A stretch of DNA of 64,000 bases from Nitrospirota bacterium. Its GTDB lineage: Bacteria > Nitrospirota > UBA9217. Positions 19,879-29,580 of this stretch are shown here, piece by piece. Position 1 is the stretch's first letter, and each line of letters begins with the position of its first letter. The notes under the pieces were generated by a model. That model worked only from the letters and a program-made list of their open reading frames with translations. It ran no database searches and was not told the origin of the DNA. The stretch lies in the NCBI GenBank assembly GCA_963840455.1, contig CAWIYV010000009.1, positions 1-64,000 on the forward strand, given 5' to 3'. The position numbers and the translations under genes are program-made.

Positions 19879-21636
19879 ATGAGCGAAAAGATATTCAACG
19901 GGATCGGGGCATCGCCGGGCATCGTCATCGGCAGGGCATACCTTCTCGACCGGCGCAAGGTGGTCGTGGCGGAGCAGCAGCGGGTCAGCGATTCCACCAC
20001 GAAGGACGAGGTGGCACGGTTCAAGCGCGCCATCGAATCGGCCCGGGTCCAGCTCGACGACGTCCGCAAGCGCGTCACCAAGGACCTGGGGAAGGCCCAT
20101 CGCCACATCCTCGATACGCACATCATGCTGCTCGAGGACAAGATGCTCGTGGAAGGTACCATCAAGCGGATCCGGGAAGAGAAGCTCAAGGCAGAGGCCG
20201 GGTTGACGGAAACGGTTGCGGCCATCGGACTGAAGTTCGACGCCATGGAGGACGAATACCTCCGTGAACGCAAGCACGATGTGGAGCAGGTGGCGGAGCG
20301 CGTGCTGAGGAACCTTGTCGGGCGGAAGCAGGAAAGCCTGGTTGACATCCGCGAGGAGGCGATCATCATCGCTCATGACCTTGCTCCCTCCGACACGCTC
20401 TTGATGCGGAAGGAGAAAGTCCTGGGCTTCGCGACCGATGTCGGGAGCCGCACGTCCCATACGGCCATCGTGGCGCGCTCGCTGGGCATCCCCGCCGCGG
20501 CCGGTCTCGAGAATATCACGGCCTCCGTCCGGACCGGCGATGTCGTCATCCTCGACGGGAACCACGGCACCGTGATCGTGGACCCCGACGAGGAGACGTT
20601 CCTCGACTACCTCAGGCGGCAGCAGCGGTACAAGTACTTCGAACAGGAGCTGGACAAGCTCAGGGACCTTCCCGCCGAGACTCCCGATGGTCATCGGATC
20701 CATCTGCAGGGGAATATCGAGCTCCCGGAGGAGGTGGCTACGGTTGCCAAGCATGGCGGCATGGGGATCGGCCTCTACCGGACCGAGTTCCTGTTCCTGA
20801 ACCGGCAGCATTTGCCGACGGAGGAGCAGCACTATGTGGCCTACCGGGACGTCGTGGAGCGCTCGGCGCCGCACGAAGTCGTGATCCGGACGCTTGATGT
20901 GGGCGGCGATAAGGTCGGCCTGACCGGCCATGGCGAACAGGAGCCGAACCCTGCCCTGGGGCTCCGCGCCATCCGTTTCTGCCTGCAGAACCGCGATATC
21001 TTCCGCACCCAGCTGCGCGGCATCTTCCGGGCGTCGGCCCATGGCAAAATCAAGATCCTGTACCCCATGATCTCGGGGCTGACAGAGCTGCAGGAGATCA
21101 AGCGGGTGATGGAAGAGGTGAAGGCGGAGCTCCGTGCCGAAGGTGTGCCCTTCGACGAGCGGATCGAGATCGGGGTCATGATCGAGATCCCGTCGGCTGC
21201 GATGACGGCGGACCTTCTTGCCAAGGAGGCCGACTTCTTCAGCGTCGGCACCAACGACCTGATCCAGTACACCCTGGCCATCGACCGCACCAATGAACAC
21301 GTGGCCTTCATGTATGAACCCCTCGAGCCCGCCGTACTGCGCCTGCTCCAACGGGTTTCCCATGCGGCCCACGAGGGAAGGATCGGCCTGGCCATGTGCG
21401 GCGAAATGGCGGGCGACCCCCTCTATGCGGCCATTCTCATGGGGCTGGGGTTCCAGTACCTCAGCATGAACGTGGCGGCCATCCCGTGGGTCAAGAAGGT
21501 GGTCCGCTCGGTGCGCATGCAGGACGCCGTAGAGCTTGCCGACCTGGTGATGCGCCAGCCCACGGCCGCCCTTGCGCGGCAGGCGGCCGAGTCGTTCATG
21601 CACCAGCGGTTCCCGGAGCTTATGGCGGAGATCTAG
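19879..21636 (+). CDS. ptsI: PTS enzyme I
   Basis: SRTSHTAIVARS, GLYRTEFLF, RTLDVGGDK, SVGTNDLIQY, MCGEMAGD. Confidence 0.97.
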   Translation: MSEKIFNGIGASPGIVIGRAYLLDRRKVVVAEQQRVSDSTTKDEVARFKRAIESARVQLDDVRKRVTKDLGKAHRHILDTHIMLLEDKMLVEGTIKRIREEKLKAEAGLTETVAAIGLKFDAMEDEYLRERKHDVEQVAERVLRNLVGRKQESLVDIREEAIIIAHDLAPSDTLLMRKEKVLGFATDVGSRTSHTAIVARSLGIPAAAGLENITASVRTGDVVILDGNHGTVIVDPDEETFLDYLRRQQRYKYFEQELDKLRDLPAETPDGHRIHLQGNIELPEEVATVAKHGGMGIGLYRTEFLFLNRQHLPTEEQHYVAYRDVVERSAPHEVVIRTLDVGGDKVGLTGHGEQEPNPALGLRAIRFCLQNRDIFRTQLRGIFRASAHGKIKILYPMISGLTELQEIKRVMEEVKAELRAEGVPFDERIEIGVMIEIPSAAMTADLLAKEADFFSVGTNDLIQYTLAIDRTNEHVAFMYEPLEPAVLRLLQRVSHAAHEGRIGLAMCGEMAGDPLYAAILMGLGFQYLSMNVAAIPWVKKVVRSVRMQDAVELADLVMRQPTAALARQAAESFMHQRFPELMAEI

Positions 21637-21662
21637 CTCCGCGAAGCTCAGTCCTCTGTTCG

Positions 21663-21707
21663 AAAAAGACAAGGCCGCGAAGAACCTCTTCGCGGCCTTG
21701 CTTGTTT
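21663..21707. terminator. bidirectional intrinsic terminator
   Basis: CAAGGCCGCGAAGA-acc-TCTTCGCGGCCTTG flanked by A- and T-rich tails, between convergent ptsI and ubiE. Confidence 0.8.
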
Positions 21708-21733
21708 GGTGCCGGGGTACGCGGGGAGAATGG

Positions 21734-22441
21734 CTATTTCCGCTTGCTGGCGCGGTACACGGTGGCGATGCCCAGCGTCAGGGAATCGACGGCCACGTCG
21801 GAGAACCCGTTGCCGACGATGACCTCCCGGAACTCCGGAGGCTGATAAAAGGCCTCGATGGACCGCGGAAGGTAGAGATAGGGCGCCGAGGACTTCATCA
21901 CCAGGTTGCTGATGAAGGGCATGAACCGGGAAAGGTACCAGTTGTACAGCCGGAGCATAACGGGATTCTGCGGCTTCGTCAGTTCGAGGCAGATGAACCT
22001 GCCGCCGGGTTTCAGGACGCGCCGGATCTCCTTGAGCGCCAGGATCGTGTCGGGGATGTTCCGCATGCCGAATCCCACGGTCACGGCGTCGAAGGTCCCG
22101 TCCCGGAAGGGGAGGGACTTGGCGTCGGCCACCTGGAAGGTCATGTTCGCGTGGTTCCCGCCTTTTTTCTTCTTTGCGATCTTGAGCATGTTCTCACAGA
22201 AGTCCGTGGCGGTAATGTTGCCCTTCGGTCCCACGGCGGGCAGGAGAGCGAAAGCCAGTTCGCCGGTGCCGGCGCAGATGTCCAGCACCCGGTCGCCGGG
22301 CCGGATGCCCGACAGGGCCACGGCCTTCTTCCGCCACGAGCGGTCCAGCCCCAGGCTGAACCCGTGGCTCAGGGTGTCCACATAGGGCGCCACGGTGGTG
22401 AAGATGTGATGGATGAACTTGTCTCGTGTTTCGGTCGACAT
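21734..22441 (-). CDS. ubiE: UbiE/MenG quinone C-methyltransferase
   Basis: SLGLDRSWR, VLDICAGTGE, VGFGMRN, RVLKPGG, YLYLPRSI. Confidence 0.9.
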   Translation of the reverse strand: MSTETRDKFIHHIFTTVAPYVDTLSHGFSLGLDRSWRKKAVALSGIRPGDRVLDICAGTGELAFALLPAVGPKGNITATDFCENMLKIAKKKKGGNHANMTFQVADAKSLPFRDGTFDAVTVGFGMRNIPDTILALKEIRRVLKPGGRFICLELTKPQNPVMLRLYNWYLSRFMPFISNLVMKSSAPYLYLPRSIEAFYQPPEFREVIVGNGFSDVAVDSLTLGIATVYRASKRK

Positions 22442-22525
22442 GGTGTTCAGGGTTCCTCTCTTTCGCAGGGTTACATCAAACAGCGCAGTGGGATGGATCG
22501 CTGGTTTGTTATCATTCTAACGAGA

Positions 22526-22553
22526 ATTGTAGCAGAGCGTCGGTGCTTGTCAA
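22526..22553 (-). promoter_or_regulatory. sigma70 promoter of ubiE
   Basis: TTGACA-16-TACAAT with TGn on minus strand. Confidence 0.6.
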
Positions 22554-22635
22554 GGCGGCCATGAGGAAAAATCGGGCCGTTCTTCCGAACGCAACGGACA
22601 ACGCCAGAGGCGCGGAAAGGGGGTATACTTTTCCC

Positions 22636-22977
22636 ATGAGCAGGAAGCACGATCTGTTCCGGGATGGCCCGCGGCCTCCCGCCGAGGCGCATGATACCGT
22701 GCGCCGTGCCATCATGACAGAGCTGGAAGAGGGGCCGCTCTCGGCGCGAGACCTATCCGGCAGGGTCGGGATACCGGAAAAGGAGGTCGCCGGCCACCTC
22801 GAGCACATCCGCGCCTCGCTCCATCGGAGCGGCAGGCATCTTGAGGTCCAGCCGGCCGAATGCGTGAAGTGCGGGTTCGTCTTCGAAAAGCGCGGACGCC
22901 TCACCCGGCCAGGGAAGTGTCCGGTCTGCCGGGGTGAGTCGATCCACGCACCGCTGTTCTCCATTGCCGTCCCGTAA
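22636..22977 (+). CDS. HTH + Zn-ribbon putative transcriptional regulator
   Basis: LSARDLSGRVGIPEKEVAGHLEHI HTH; CVKC..CPVC. Confidence 0.8.
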   Translation: MSRKHDLFRDGPRPPAEAHDTVRRAIMTELEEGPLSARDLSGRVGIPEKEVAGHLEHIRASLHRSGRHLEVQPAECVKCGFVFEKRGRLTRPGKCPVCRGESIHAPLFSIAVP

Positions 22978-22985
22978 GGCAGGTG

Positions 22986-24143
22986 CTAGGTTCGTGGTGC
23001 GGCACCGCCGAAGAGCATCGCGATGAGATAGCGCGGCAGCCTCAGAAGGAGCCATTTCCTGAACTGCGTATAGTCGGTTCTCCCGGCGGGGATATCGAGA
23101 TACTTATCCAACGCCGTCGTATCGGAGAAGAAGACCGCCAGGAAGAGCTTCGGGTATCGTTCCCGCATCTGCGCCATGGACAGCGCGACCTTCATCTCCC
23201 GCTCGATCAGCCGGTCACATTCGCGTTGATACATCGTCAGCGCGTCCTTTTTCCCGTTGATGCCGTCCACAACCGCCAGGGCAGCAAGCTTCCCGGACAG
23301 GATGGCGTTCGCCATCCCTTCGCCATGGAACGGGTCGGTGAATCCTGCCGCGTCGCCAACAAGGATGGTCCTCCTGCCGATGACCGTCCGCCGGATACCA
23401 CCCATCGGGATCGTATGGCCCCGTGGCCTGTCAACGGGCATCCCTACTGACGAGGAAAAAGCGCTGAAGACCTTTTGCGGCGCATCGAACTCCATTGCCT
23501 GGCCCAGTACACCCACACCGAACCGTCCTTTGTGCGGGAAGACCCATCCATATCCCATCGGCGCAACGCCGAAATAGAGCTCGAGCAATCCGTTGGCGCG
23601 GGCAGCGATTTCCCGGTCATCTGCAGGAAAGGACCCGACAAGCGCCGCGAAGATCTCGTCACGCGGGAACATCGGGCGTATCGTCCTGCCCACGACGCTG
23701 TTCGCGCCGTCCGCGCCGACCAGGCAGCGCGCTTGATATTGACCCTTCGGTGTTCGGACCTCCACGCGATCAGCGCCCATGGTGATGTTCTGGACCGGTT
23801 CTTCCTGCAACAGCACGGCGCCCCCCTCGACTGCCCGGTCCGCGAGGTACTGGTCGAACTGCTCCCGGTCCACCATCACTGCGATACGGTGGTCTTTCCG
23901 GACCTCCACCGTGTAGGGACCATAATGCAAACGGACGCCGAAGCATTCCCGCTCGATGAGCTCAGGAGGGAGGGGAAAGCCGAGATGCGAAAGGCCGCGC
24001 TCCGACAGTGCGCCGCCGCAGGGCTTGGGCCGGGGGAAGGAGTCCCACTCAAGCAGCAGGGTCTTGATGCCGGCTTTCGCGCAGGCCCTCGCGCAGGTGG
24101 ACCCTGCCGGTCCGGCGCCGGCTATGATGACGTCATAATCCAT
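22986..24143 (-). CDS. geranylgeranyl reductase family flavoprotein
   Basis: GAGPAGS, RPKPCGG, GADGANS, GYGWVFP, VGDAAGFTDPFHGEG. Confidence 0.88.
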   Translation of the reverse strand: MDYDVIIAGAGPAGSTCARACAKAGIKTLLLEWDSFPRPKPCGGALSERGLSHLGFPLPPELIERECFGVRLHYGPYTVEVRKDHRIAVMVDREQFDQYLADRAVEGGAVLLQEEPVQNITMGADRVEVRTPKGQYQARCLVGADGANSVVGRTIRPMFPRDEIFAALVGSFPADDREIAARANGLLELYFGVAPMGYGWVFPHKGRFGVGVLGQAMEFDAPQKVFSAFSSSVGMPVDRPRGHTIPMGGIRRTVIGRRTILVGDAAGFTDPFHGEGMANAILSGKLAALAVVDGINGKKDALTMYQRECDRLIEREMKVALSMAQMRERYPKLFLAVFFSDTTALDKYLDIPAGRTDYTQFRKWLLLRLPRYLIAMLFGGAAPRT

Positions 24144-24327
24144 AATAAGAAAACACCCGTTGGACGAGGAATAGATCTGATAAGTTCAGATAAGTTCAGA
24201 GAACAGCTGATACTGCGGTAGTTTCCTTTGATGAACGGTTTTTTCAGTAATTAGGAATAAAGAAGACCTGCCTGGAGCTCTAGGACGTCATCCCCGTATC
24301 GGCCTATCCCCCCTGTCCTTCCATTAG

Positions 24328-24909
24328 TTATTTCTTCCCATGGAACAGTTCACTTCCTGCGCCGGGGTAGACCTTCCGCTCCTGCTTCGGCGTCGGGGCA
24401 GTCACAGGCGGCCACTTCCCGGGCTGCGGTTCCGAGCCCTCCCGGGCGAAGTCAGTCGCCGCCCGCTCCGCCATTACCGGGCACTTCACGATGTCGCACT
24501 CCGGGATGGAGCGGCTGAACTCGATCGGGATGCCATTGGGATCATAGGTATAGATGGAATGGATGAAGCCATGGTCGATCACCTCGGAGATCCAAATGCC
24601 TGCCGCGGCGATGCGGTCCTTGATCTCCCACAGGTCGTCCTCGGTTTCGACGCCGAAGGAGACGTGGTCAAAGATAAAGGGGCCCGTCACAGGCCTGCCG
24701 TGCTCCTTTTCCTCGACGGGACGCACGCCGGGCCATTCGAAGAACGCGACCAGGTCGCGTTCCGAGACTTGGAGGAAATACTGCCGGTAGCCCGGCTTGC
24801 CGAGTCCGGCTACGAGCCGCATGCCAAGGAGGTCCCGCCAGAAGCGGATGGTCCTGTCCATGTCGCCCGTTGCCAGGGCAAGATGGTTCACGCCGCTGTA
24901 TCGGATCAT
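24328..24909 (-). CDS. VOC (glyoxalase/dioxygenase) family protein
   Basis: VNHLAL, DHVSF, SIYTYDPNGIPIE; GGAGG RBS before MIRY. Confidence 0.85.
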   Translation of the reverse strand: MIRYSGVNHLALATGDMDRTIRFWRDLLGMRLVAGLGKPGYRQYFLQVSERDLVAFFEWPGVRPVEEKEHGRPVTGPFIFDHVSFGVETEDDLWEIKDRIAAAGIWISEVIDHGFIHSIYTYDPNGIPIEFSRSIPECDIVKCPVMAERAATDFAREGSEPQPGKWPPVTAPTPKQERKVYPGAGSELFHGKK

Positions 24910-25107
24910 CTCTTCCTCCGTTCTGGGTGATAGCATAGATGTTGCGCATCAGTGATACAGCCGCGCTGCGGGATTCCCTAAGCAGAATGCCCACCAACCA
25001 TGGTAACGATGACATATTGTACCGTGAAACGAAAAATATTCCAATAGAACGCACAGAATATTGCAAAATTGCGCCGCTCGTGTCTTGTTTTTTGCTACAA
25101 TAGGGCC

Positions 25108-25422
25108 ATGGACAAGGACATCCTGAACGAGGTGATCGAGGCAGAGAAGAGTATTCAGCAGTGCATCGAGCAGGAGCAGGTGCGACTTCGCGACTGGCTC
25201 GACGGCGTGAAGAAAGAAGCGGCTGAGGCCATCACCCGCGCCGAGCGGAGCGACGGAGAATCGCTCGGCCGCTCCCTCGAAGAGGCGAAGCGGGACGCCG
25301 AGATGCGGGCAAAACAGACCGTGGAGTCCGCCGAGGCCCGGGCAGCGCGGTACCAGGACCTGGAGGACACCGTCCTGACCGAGATCATCATGAAGCGACT
25401 TCCCCGGATTCTTTTGGAATGA
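25108..25422 (+). CDS. V/A-type ATPase peripheral stalk subunit G/H-like
   Basis: Charged coiled coil (ILNEVIEAEK) heading the operon; extended -10 TGcTACAAT just upstream. Confidence 0.7.
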   Translation: MDKDILNEVIEAEKSIQQCIEQEQVRLRDWLDGVKKEAAEAITRAERSDGESLGRSLEEAKRDAEMRAKQTVESAEARAARYQDLEDTVLTEIIMKRLPRILLE

Positions 25423-25426
25423 GACC

Positions 25427-27304
25427 ATGATCGTTAAAATGTCGAAGATCGAGATCGTCGGGCCTAAGGGGCTTCTGCAGGAGGCGCTGGTCCGCCTGCG
25501 GGAACTGGGCATCTTCCAGATCGAGCCCGCATCCGTTGGGTTCATCGAGAAGGAGGACGAGGAGAACATCCGCTCCTTCTCGCTTGACCAGAAGACCGCC
25601 CTCGAGCGCGTCTACCTCGAGGGCCTGCGGGTCAAGATCGACGAACTGTTCTCTTTCGTGCCTGCGATCGCCGTGCGGGAAAGCTACATCGAACCCGAGA
25701 CCATTGTCGATACCATCGCCAATACGGTCGAGCGCCACACGGCCCAGGCCCGGGAGCTCGCGGAGCGGGGCGACGTTCTGCAAAAGGAACGTGCAGATCT
25801 CGAGCGGTATACCGTTTTCCTGGGAACGCTCTCCACCCTGCTGACGAGCATGAAAGAGACGCCCGACCTGGATTTCATTGGCCTCACCATCCAGGAGCCC
25901 GAGATGGTGCCGAAGCTCCGTGAGGCGCTTTCCCGGATCACGGACTGGAAGTACGAGCTTCAGACGGACACCGCCGCGGACGGCAGCATGGTGGGCCTGA
26001 TCACGGTCGAGAAGACCATCGCGGACCGGGTAAAGAAGACCCTTTCCGACGAGCATGTGCCCGAGCTGACGTTCCCGGCCTCCTTTGGTTCGCTGACCTT
26101 TCCCGAGAAGCTTTCCTATGTGAAGGAGCGGATGGTACAGGTCTCCTCGGAGATCGAGCGGATCCGAGAGGATCTTCTCAAGTTCGCCCGGCGGTGGACA
26201 CCGCTCTACCGGAGCGTCCGGTCATGGATCGATGACCGTCTGGCGCTCCTCAAAACCGCGGCGTCGGCCTACGAGACGCGCATGTGCTTCTTCATCCATG
26301 GCTGGATGCCGTCGCGGGACCTGGAGCGGCTCCGGAAAAGCCTGGACGCAGGGTTCGGCCCCAAGGTCGTCGTGGAGGAACGGGAGATGCACGAGGAGGA
26401 CCTGGAGCGGGTCCCCATTGTACTGAAGAATCCGCAATACTTCCGACCCTTCGAGATGCTGACGAGCCTTTTGCCACTGCCTGCGTACACCTCCTACGAT
26501 CCCACGCCGTTCATCGGCATCTTTTTCCCCATTTTCTTCGGCATCATCCTCGGCGACGCGGGGTATGGTCTTGTCCTCGTTCTGCTCGCGCTGTTCCTGA
26601 GGAAACGGTTTCGGAAGAACATCGCGGTGCACAGCGGGGCAACGATCCTGTTCATCGCGTCGCTCTATTCGATATTCTTCGGTGTCATGTTCGGCGAATT
26701 CTTCGGCGATATCCCGGAACGGTTCTTCCATCTGCAGCCGATCTGCATCGAGCGACGAACGGCCATCGTTCCCATGCTGCTCTTTGCCCTGGCCATCGGC
26801 GTTGCGCACGTCATCCTCGGTCTCGTACTGGGCGCCGTGAACGCATTCCAGCGGCATATCAAGCGGGAAGGGCTGTTCAAGGTCCTGAGCATCATCCTTA
26901 TCATCTGCATCATCGCCATCCTGGCTTCGCTGACGGGCAAGGCCCCCATAGTGCTCACCCGGCCCGTCATTATCCTCATCCTCTTCCTGACGCCGTTCCT
27001 GTTCTTTGCCGGCGGCGTCCTGGCGCCGCTGGAGTTCCTGAAGAGCATCGGGAACATCATCTCCTACGTGCGCATCACGGCCATCGGCCTCACGTCCGTG
27101 CTGCTGGCCTTCACGGCCAATGAGCTCGGAGGTCTGACCGGTGATGTGGTGACGGGCGTGGTCGTTGCCGGGCTTATTCACATCCTGAACATCGTCCTCG
27201 GCGTCTTCTCGCCCACGATCCACTCGCTTCGGCTTCACTACGTGGAATTCTTCAGCAAGTTCATCGAGCACGGGGGGCGGAAGTTCGAGCCGCTCAGCAA
27301 GTGA
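25427..27304 (+). CDS. ntpI: V/A-type ATPase subunit I
   Basis: MIVKMSK, YDPTP, GDAGYG, ISYVRI (essential Arg), HSLRLHYVEFF. Confidence 0.95.
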   Translation: MIVKMSKIEIVGPKGLLQEALVRLRELGIFQIEPASVGFIEKEDEENIRSFSLDQKTALERVYLEGLRVKIDELFSFVPAIAVRESYIEPETIVDTIANTVERHTAQARELAERGDVLQKERADLERYTVFLGTLSTLLTSMKETPDLDFIGLTIQEPEMVPKLREALSRITDWKYELQTDTAADGSMVGLITVEKTIADRVKKTLSDEHVPELTFPASFGSLTFPEKLSYVKERMVQVSSEIERIREDLLKFARRWTPLYRSVRSWIDDRLALLKTAASAYETRMCFFIHGWMPSRDLERLRKSLDAGFGPKVVVEEREMHEEDLERVPIVLKNPQYFRPFEMLTSLLPLPAYTSYDPTPFIGIFFPIFFGIILGDAGYGLVLVLLALFLRKRFRKNIAVHSGATILFIASLYSIFFGVMFGEFFGDIPERFFHLQPICIERRTAIVPMLLFALAIGVAHVILGLVLGAVNAFQRHIKREGLFKVLSIILIICIIAILASLTGKAPIVLTRPVIILILFLTPFLFFAGGVLAPLEFLKSIGNIISYVRITAIGLTSVLLAFTANELGGLTGDVVTGVVVAGLIHILNIVLGVFSPTIHSLRLHYVEFFSKFIEHGGRKFEPLSK

Positions 27305-27348
27305 CGGACGGGGGTAGGAGAAGAGCTACATTGTCCTAACGACCGTTG

Positions 27349-27440
27349 GAACCACAGATGAAAACAGGTAGGATCAGGACGGAAAAGACATCCGCATAAC
27401 GTCTTCACCGTTTCTTTATCTGTCTTGATCTGTGATTGCA
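27349..27440. repeat. degenerate inverted repeat (AACCACAGAT..ATCTGTG family)
   Basis: AACCACAGATGAAAACAGG..ATCTGTCTTGATCTGTG. Confidence 0.5.
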
Positions 27441-27467
27441 TAGGTATTCAATTATAAGGAGGTTCTT

Positions 27468-27692
27468 ATGGGACTCGAAAAGGTTTTGATCGCGTTTTGC
27501 GCTGCCCTGGCCATCGGTATCCCCGCCATCGCTACGGCATGGGCGCAGTCGAAGATCGGCGCTGCGGGGGCGGGTACCCTGGCGGAGAAGCCAGAGCTGA
27601 CCGGCACCATCATCATTCTGGTGGCCATCCCGGAGACGATGGTGATCCTCGGATTCGTTGTGGCGACGATGATCCTGTTCACGGTGAAATAA
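27468..27692 (+). CDS. ntpK: V/A-type ATPase proteolipid subunit K (single hairpin)
   Basis: 74 aa, two TMs, AQSKIGAAG, AIPET carboxylate. Confidence 0.95.
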   Translation: MGLEKVLIAFCAALAIGIPAIATAWAQSKIGAAGAGTLAEKPELTGTIIILVAIPETMVILGFVVATMILFTVK

Positions 27693-27693
27693 C

Positions 27694-28260
27694 ATGGGTT
27701 GCAAGGAACTGATCGGATCGCTGCGCGCCGCAGGGGACGAGAAGCTCAAGGCGATGCACATCGAAGCGGATCAGGAGGCGGAGCGGATCCGCGCCGATGC
27801 GGCGCGCCGCATCGAGGCGCTGCAGGAGGAATACGCCCGGAAGCATGCGGCCGAAGCTGCAAAGCAGGCCGACGCACTCATGGCGGAGGCGAACCGGACC
27901 GTGCGCGCGATCGGGCTGCGGGCGGAGCGGGCCCTGGCAGATCGGCTGTTCAGCGCCGCCCGCGCATCCCTGCAGACGCTGCGGAACGCCGGCTACCGGG
28001 ACGTGTTCACCGGATTCACGCGGGAGCTCCCGCAGTTCACCTGGAAGACGGTGCGGGTGAATCCCGGGGACGTGGCGCTCGCGCGCGAACAATTCCCCGG
28101 AGCGGAGGTCCTTGCCGATCCAGGCATCATCGGCGGGCTAGAAGCGGCGTCGGAAGACGACCGGGTGAAGGTCGTCAACACCTTCGAGAAGCGCCTCGAA
28201 CGCACGTGGGAAGAGATGCTGCCCGACATCATGAAGGAAGTGACGGGTCAGGGGACATGA
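27694..28260 (+). CDS. ntpE: V/A-type ATPase subunit E
   Basis: N-terminal coiled coil, VNPGD, IIGGL, NTFEKRL. Confidence 0.85.
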   Translation: MGCKELIGSLRAAGDEKLKAMHIEADQEAERIRADAARRIEALQEEYARKHAAEAAKQADALMAEANRTVRAIGLRAERALADRLFSAARASLQTLRNAGYRDVFTGFTRELPQFTWKTVRVNPGDVALAREQFPGAEVLADPGIIGGLEAASEDDRVKVVNTFEKRLERTWEEMLPDIMKEVTGQGT

Positions 28261-29276
28261 ACCGTATTGTGCGTGACCATACGGAGCCAGACCGTCCGAA
28301 AGGCGCCTTCCCGCGGGGGCTGCTGAAGCGGGAACGGACGAGGGGCTACCCGGTCGAGTACCTCCTGTCCCGGATCCGCGGAAGGCGGTCCCGGCTCATC
28401 AGTGACTGGCGGCCGCTGATCTACGATGCGTCCCCGCTCGATTATCTCGCGTCGGCTCAGTACCACGGATTCGTCCGGGAGCGTACGGCTGAAGGCATGT
28501 GGCGGGCGCTCCTGCTGGAGCACGGGTGGGTCCACGGTCAGATGGACGAAGCGACCCGGCAGATGTTCGCCCCCTATTTTCTGTACGCCGAGCTTCGCAC
28601 GGTATTCATCTGCCTGCGGTACCTTGAGGGCGATAAGGCACAGAAGGCCGGAGAGGTCCTCGGCGTGAGCCTGCTATCCGATGAGGTGAAGGCCATCCTG
28701 CGGACGGGCGCGGTAACCGACGCGCTGGCCGAACTGGAGCAGATGTTCGGAGCGCTGTTTCCGGGGTTCAGGGAACTTTCAGCGGCATACGAGGGCAACG
28801 GCCTCCGGGGCGTCGAACAGTTCCTGACGCACCAGTATCTGATCTTTGTCGAGGAACTGCCGCTCCACCCGGTCATGCATGGATTCTTTTCCCGCATAAT
28901 CGACAGCCGGAATATCCTGGCGCTCTACAAGTCCCTGAGAGCGGGGACAACGGAGACCGGCCGGTTCATCGCCGGTGGAACGGTGCCGATCCAGCGGTTG
29001 GCGGACCTCGCCGAAAAAGAGGATATCTTTGAGGTCACGGGGCTTATCCGTCAGGCGGCAGGCGTGAAGATCACATCCCCGGACCCCACGCAGGTGGAGA
29101 TAGCGCTTTACCAGGGGATCACGAAGTTCCTTAGGGGAGAGGGCAAGGACCCGCTGGATGCGGCACTCATCCTCGACTATCTCTGGCGATGCTCGCTGGA
29201 GATCATGAACCTAAGCCTGTTGCTCGAGGGGAAGGACTTGGAGCGGGAAGAGGCCGCAGCGGAATTGGTGCGGTGA
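28257..29276 (+). CDS. ntpC: V/A-type ATPase subunit C
   Basis: YLLSRIRGRRSRLI, IDSRNI, DYLW..EIMNL; ATGA overlap with subunit E. Confidence 0.8.
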   Translation: MNRIVRDHTEPDRPKGAFPRGLLKRERTRGYPVEYLLSRIRGRRSRLISDWRPLIYDASPLDYLASAQYHGFVRERTAEGMWRALLLEHGWVHGQMDEATRQMFAPYFLYAELRTVFICLRYLEGDKAQKAGEVLGVSLLSDEVKAILRTGAVTDALAELEQMFGALFPGFRELSAAYEGNGLRGVEQFLTHQYLIFVEELPLHPVMHGFFSRIIDSRNILALYKSLRAGTTETGRFIAGGTVPIQRLADLAEKEDIFEVTGLIRQAAGVKITSPDPTQVEIALYQGITKFLRGEGKDPLDAALILDYLWRCSLEIMNLSLLLEGKDLEREEAAAELVR

Positions 29277-29293
29277 ACCAAGAAATACTTCTT

Positions 29294-29567
29294 GAACCAT
29301 GGAATCAAGGAGGCACAGAGAGATTCGAAACATCCATACTGTTGAATCCAGGAGCGAGCGCATTCCCCGTAGCTTGCTACGGGTTAGCGAGCGATTAGAA
29401 TAAATAGGAACACCTTGAGGATCGAAGATTCCCTGCAGCTTGCTGCAGGGAGCTTCAATAATCATTATGATCCTGGAAGTAAGAGTTTGATGCAGACTGT
29501 TCTGTAGGTATGTTCCTTAATCAGTTTATTCCGTGCTTTTCTCCGTGACCCCTCGGCTCCGTGGTAG
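29294..29567. repeat. degenerate inverted ~9-mer repeat (ACCAyGGA..CACAGAG / TCCGTG..CTCCGTGGT) enclosing the element
   Basis: GAACCATGGAATCAAGGAGGCACAGAG left; TCCGTGCTTTTCTCCGTGACCCCTCGGCTCCGTGGT right. Confidence 0.45.
29342..29458 (+). mobile_element. full-length copy of the ~112-nt IS200/IS605-like element
   Basis: TTGAA|TCCAGGAGCGAGCGCATTCCCCGTAGCTTGCTACGGG..GATTCCCTGCAGCTTGCTGCAGGGAGCTTCAA. Confidence 0.88.
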
Positions 29568-29580
29568 CTTTAGATGTTCT

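Noticed and set aside
19480-21672. Long antisense ORFs (730 aa here; also 43563-45530, 12546-13934, 52099-53583)
   Set aside because: Shadows of well-conserved sense genes in GC-rich DNA, with no motifs of their own.
27468-27692. Na+-specific ATPase based on Q..ET in subunit K
   Set aside because: The downstream Tyr of the usual Na+ site is absent (ETMVILGF), and H+-coupled enzymes can carry PET; ion specificity cannot be called from this.
27699-29276. 525-aa ORF as an extended or fused V-ATPase subunit C
   Set aside because: The first 186 codons overlap subunit E out of frame; the real start is the ATGA overlap at 28257.
29342-29458. Classical TIR MITE with TTGAA/TTCAA inverted ends
   Set aside because: The inverted match is only 5 bp, there is no target duplication, and two empty-site reconstructions leave TGAA in the host, which favours an IS200/IS605-type mechanism.
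29457-29471. Fur-box-like ATAATCATTAT
   Set aside because: Mid-operon, abuts the mobile element end, and has no associated promoter.
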